Shown piece after piece: positions 63,388 to 64,000 of a stretch of 64,000 nucleotides of DNA (its first letter is position 1; the number at the start of each line of letters is the position of its first letter). A program made the position numbers and the translations under genes. The DNA is from Flavobacteriales bacterium (GTDB lineage Bacteria > Bacteroidota > Bacteroidia > Flavobacteriales > JANQLC01): the NCBI GenBank assembly GCA_028280815.1, contig JANQLC010000022.1:1002-65001 (forward strand). The letters are read 5' to 3'. The notes below the pieces were generated by a model. That model was given only the letters and a program-made list of their open reading frames with translations. It did not search any database and had not been told where the DNA came from.

Positions 63388-64000
63388 ATGAGAACGATTC
63401 ATTGGGTGATCGGCGCAGTTATCTGGCTCGCCGCTTGTGTCACCCCGAAAGAAGCGGTCGATACAACGGCAGCCCAAACGGCTTCCCATAGCAACCCACA
63501 AGCCCAAAATCCCCACTACAACTGGTTTAACCAAAACGGCTTGAGCGACTCCATCCAAGGCATGGGTACCGATGCGGCATACGGTTTGCTCAGGAGAAAG
63601 AAATCCAAAGAGGTGGTCGTAGCGGTCATAGACGACGGTGTGGATATCGACCAGGCGGATTTAATCGGCAAGATATGGACGAACACCGCTGAGATTCCCA
63701 ACAACGGCAAAGACGACGACCACAACGGTTATGCAGACGATGCGCACGGTTGGAATTTTCTGGGCAATGCCCAGGGCGAAATAGTCGATAAAGACACCTA
63801 TGAACTGACACGCCTGTATCGGAAGTACAGCAAGACCTTTGCCGGGCAGTCCGAGGCCGATATCCCGGCTTCAAAAAAGCAGGCTTTCACATTGTACCGA
63901 AGGATAAGGAGCGAATTCGATGAAAAGCGCAGCGCTGCAAAATTGAAGCAATACCAGCTCTCCCTATTGGCGGTCGCCTATCGAGAATCGGATTCCACCG
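63388..64000 (+). CDS. S8 (subtilisin-like) serine peptidase lipoprotein, 5' part
   Basis: Read manually: lipobox LAAC, VVVAVIDDGVD (catalytic Asp), IWTN..EIP.NG.DDD.NGY.DD.HGWNFLG; open to window end. Confidence 0.9.
   Translation, partial: MRTIHWVIGAVIWLAACVTPKEAVDTTAAQTASHSNPQAQNPHYNWFNQNGLSDSIQGMGTDAAYGLLRRKKSKEVVVAVIDDGVDIDQADLIGKIWTNTAEIPNNGKDDDHNGYADDAHGWNFLGNAQGEIVDKDTYELTRLYRKYSKTFAGQSEADIPASKKQAFTLYRRIRSEFDEKRSAAKLKQYQLSLLAVAYRESDST

Overview
Chromosomal segment of a Bacteroidota bacterium, most likely Flavobacteriales. Evidence: Bacteroidota TAnnTTTG promoter boxes and flavobacterial gene orders such as grpE-dnaJ-ABC-NtrC, ftsK-lolA-lptF-ribB and parA-parB-DUF5683-lepB-wbqC. About 40 intact housekeeping genes (prfA, dnaJ, murA, pcrA, oxyR, map, gpmI, recG, pheT, dnaB, accA, recQ, tatC, ftsK and others) are mixed with signs of ongoing gene loss. 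Three genes are recently broken: an AGCS transporter, an LRR lipoprotein and a TlpA lipoprotein. Near-unreadable remnants of pyrF and a BT0820-type HAD gene are present, dapB is missing from its usual slot, and several ~1 kb spacers lack ORFs and are strand-skewed. This suggests a host-associated lineage (inference). Three AT-richer inserts stand out: the LRR pseudogene, an MvaI-like type II restriction-modification pair, and a secreted ORFan whose C-terminus resembles polymorphic-toxin tip domains and which is bracketed by degenerate ~45-50 bp direct repeats. The ORFan is the best candidate for something undescribed. A composite 97/141-bp tandem array sits between pheT and dnaB. No rRNA, tRNA, CRISPR-cas, transposase or integrase was recognised. 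All family assignments come from recognising motifs by eye, not from database searches.
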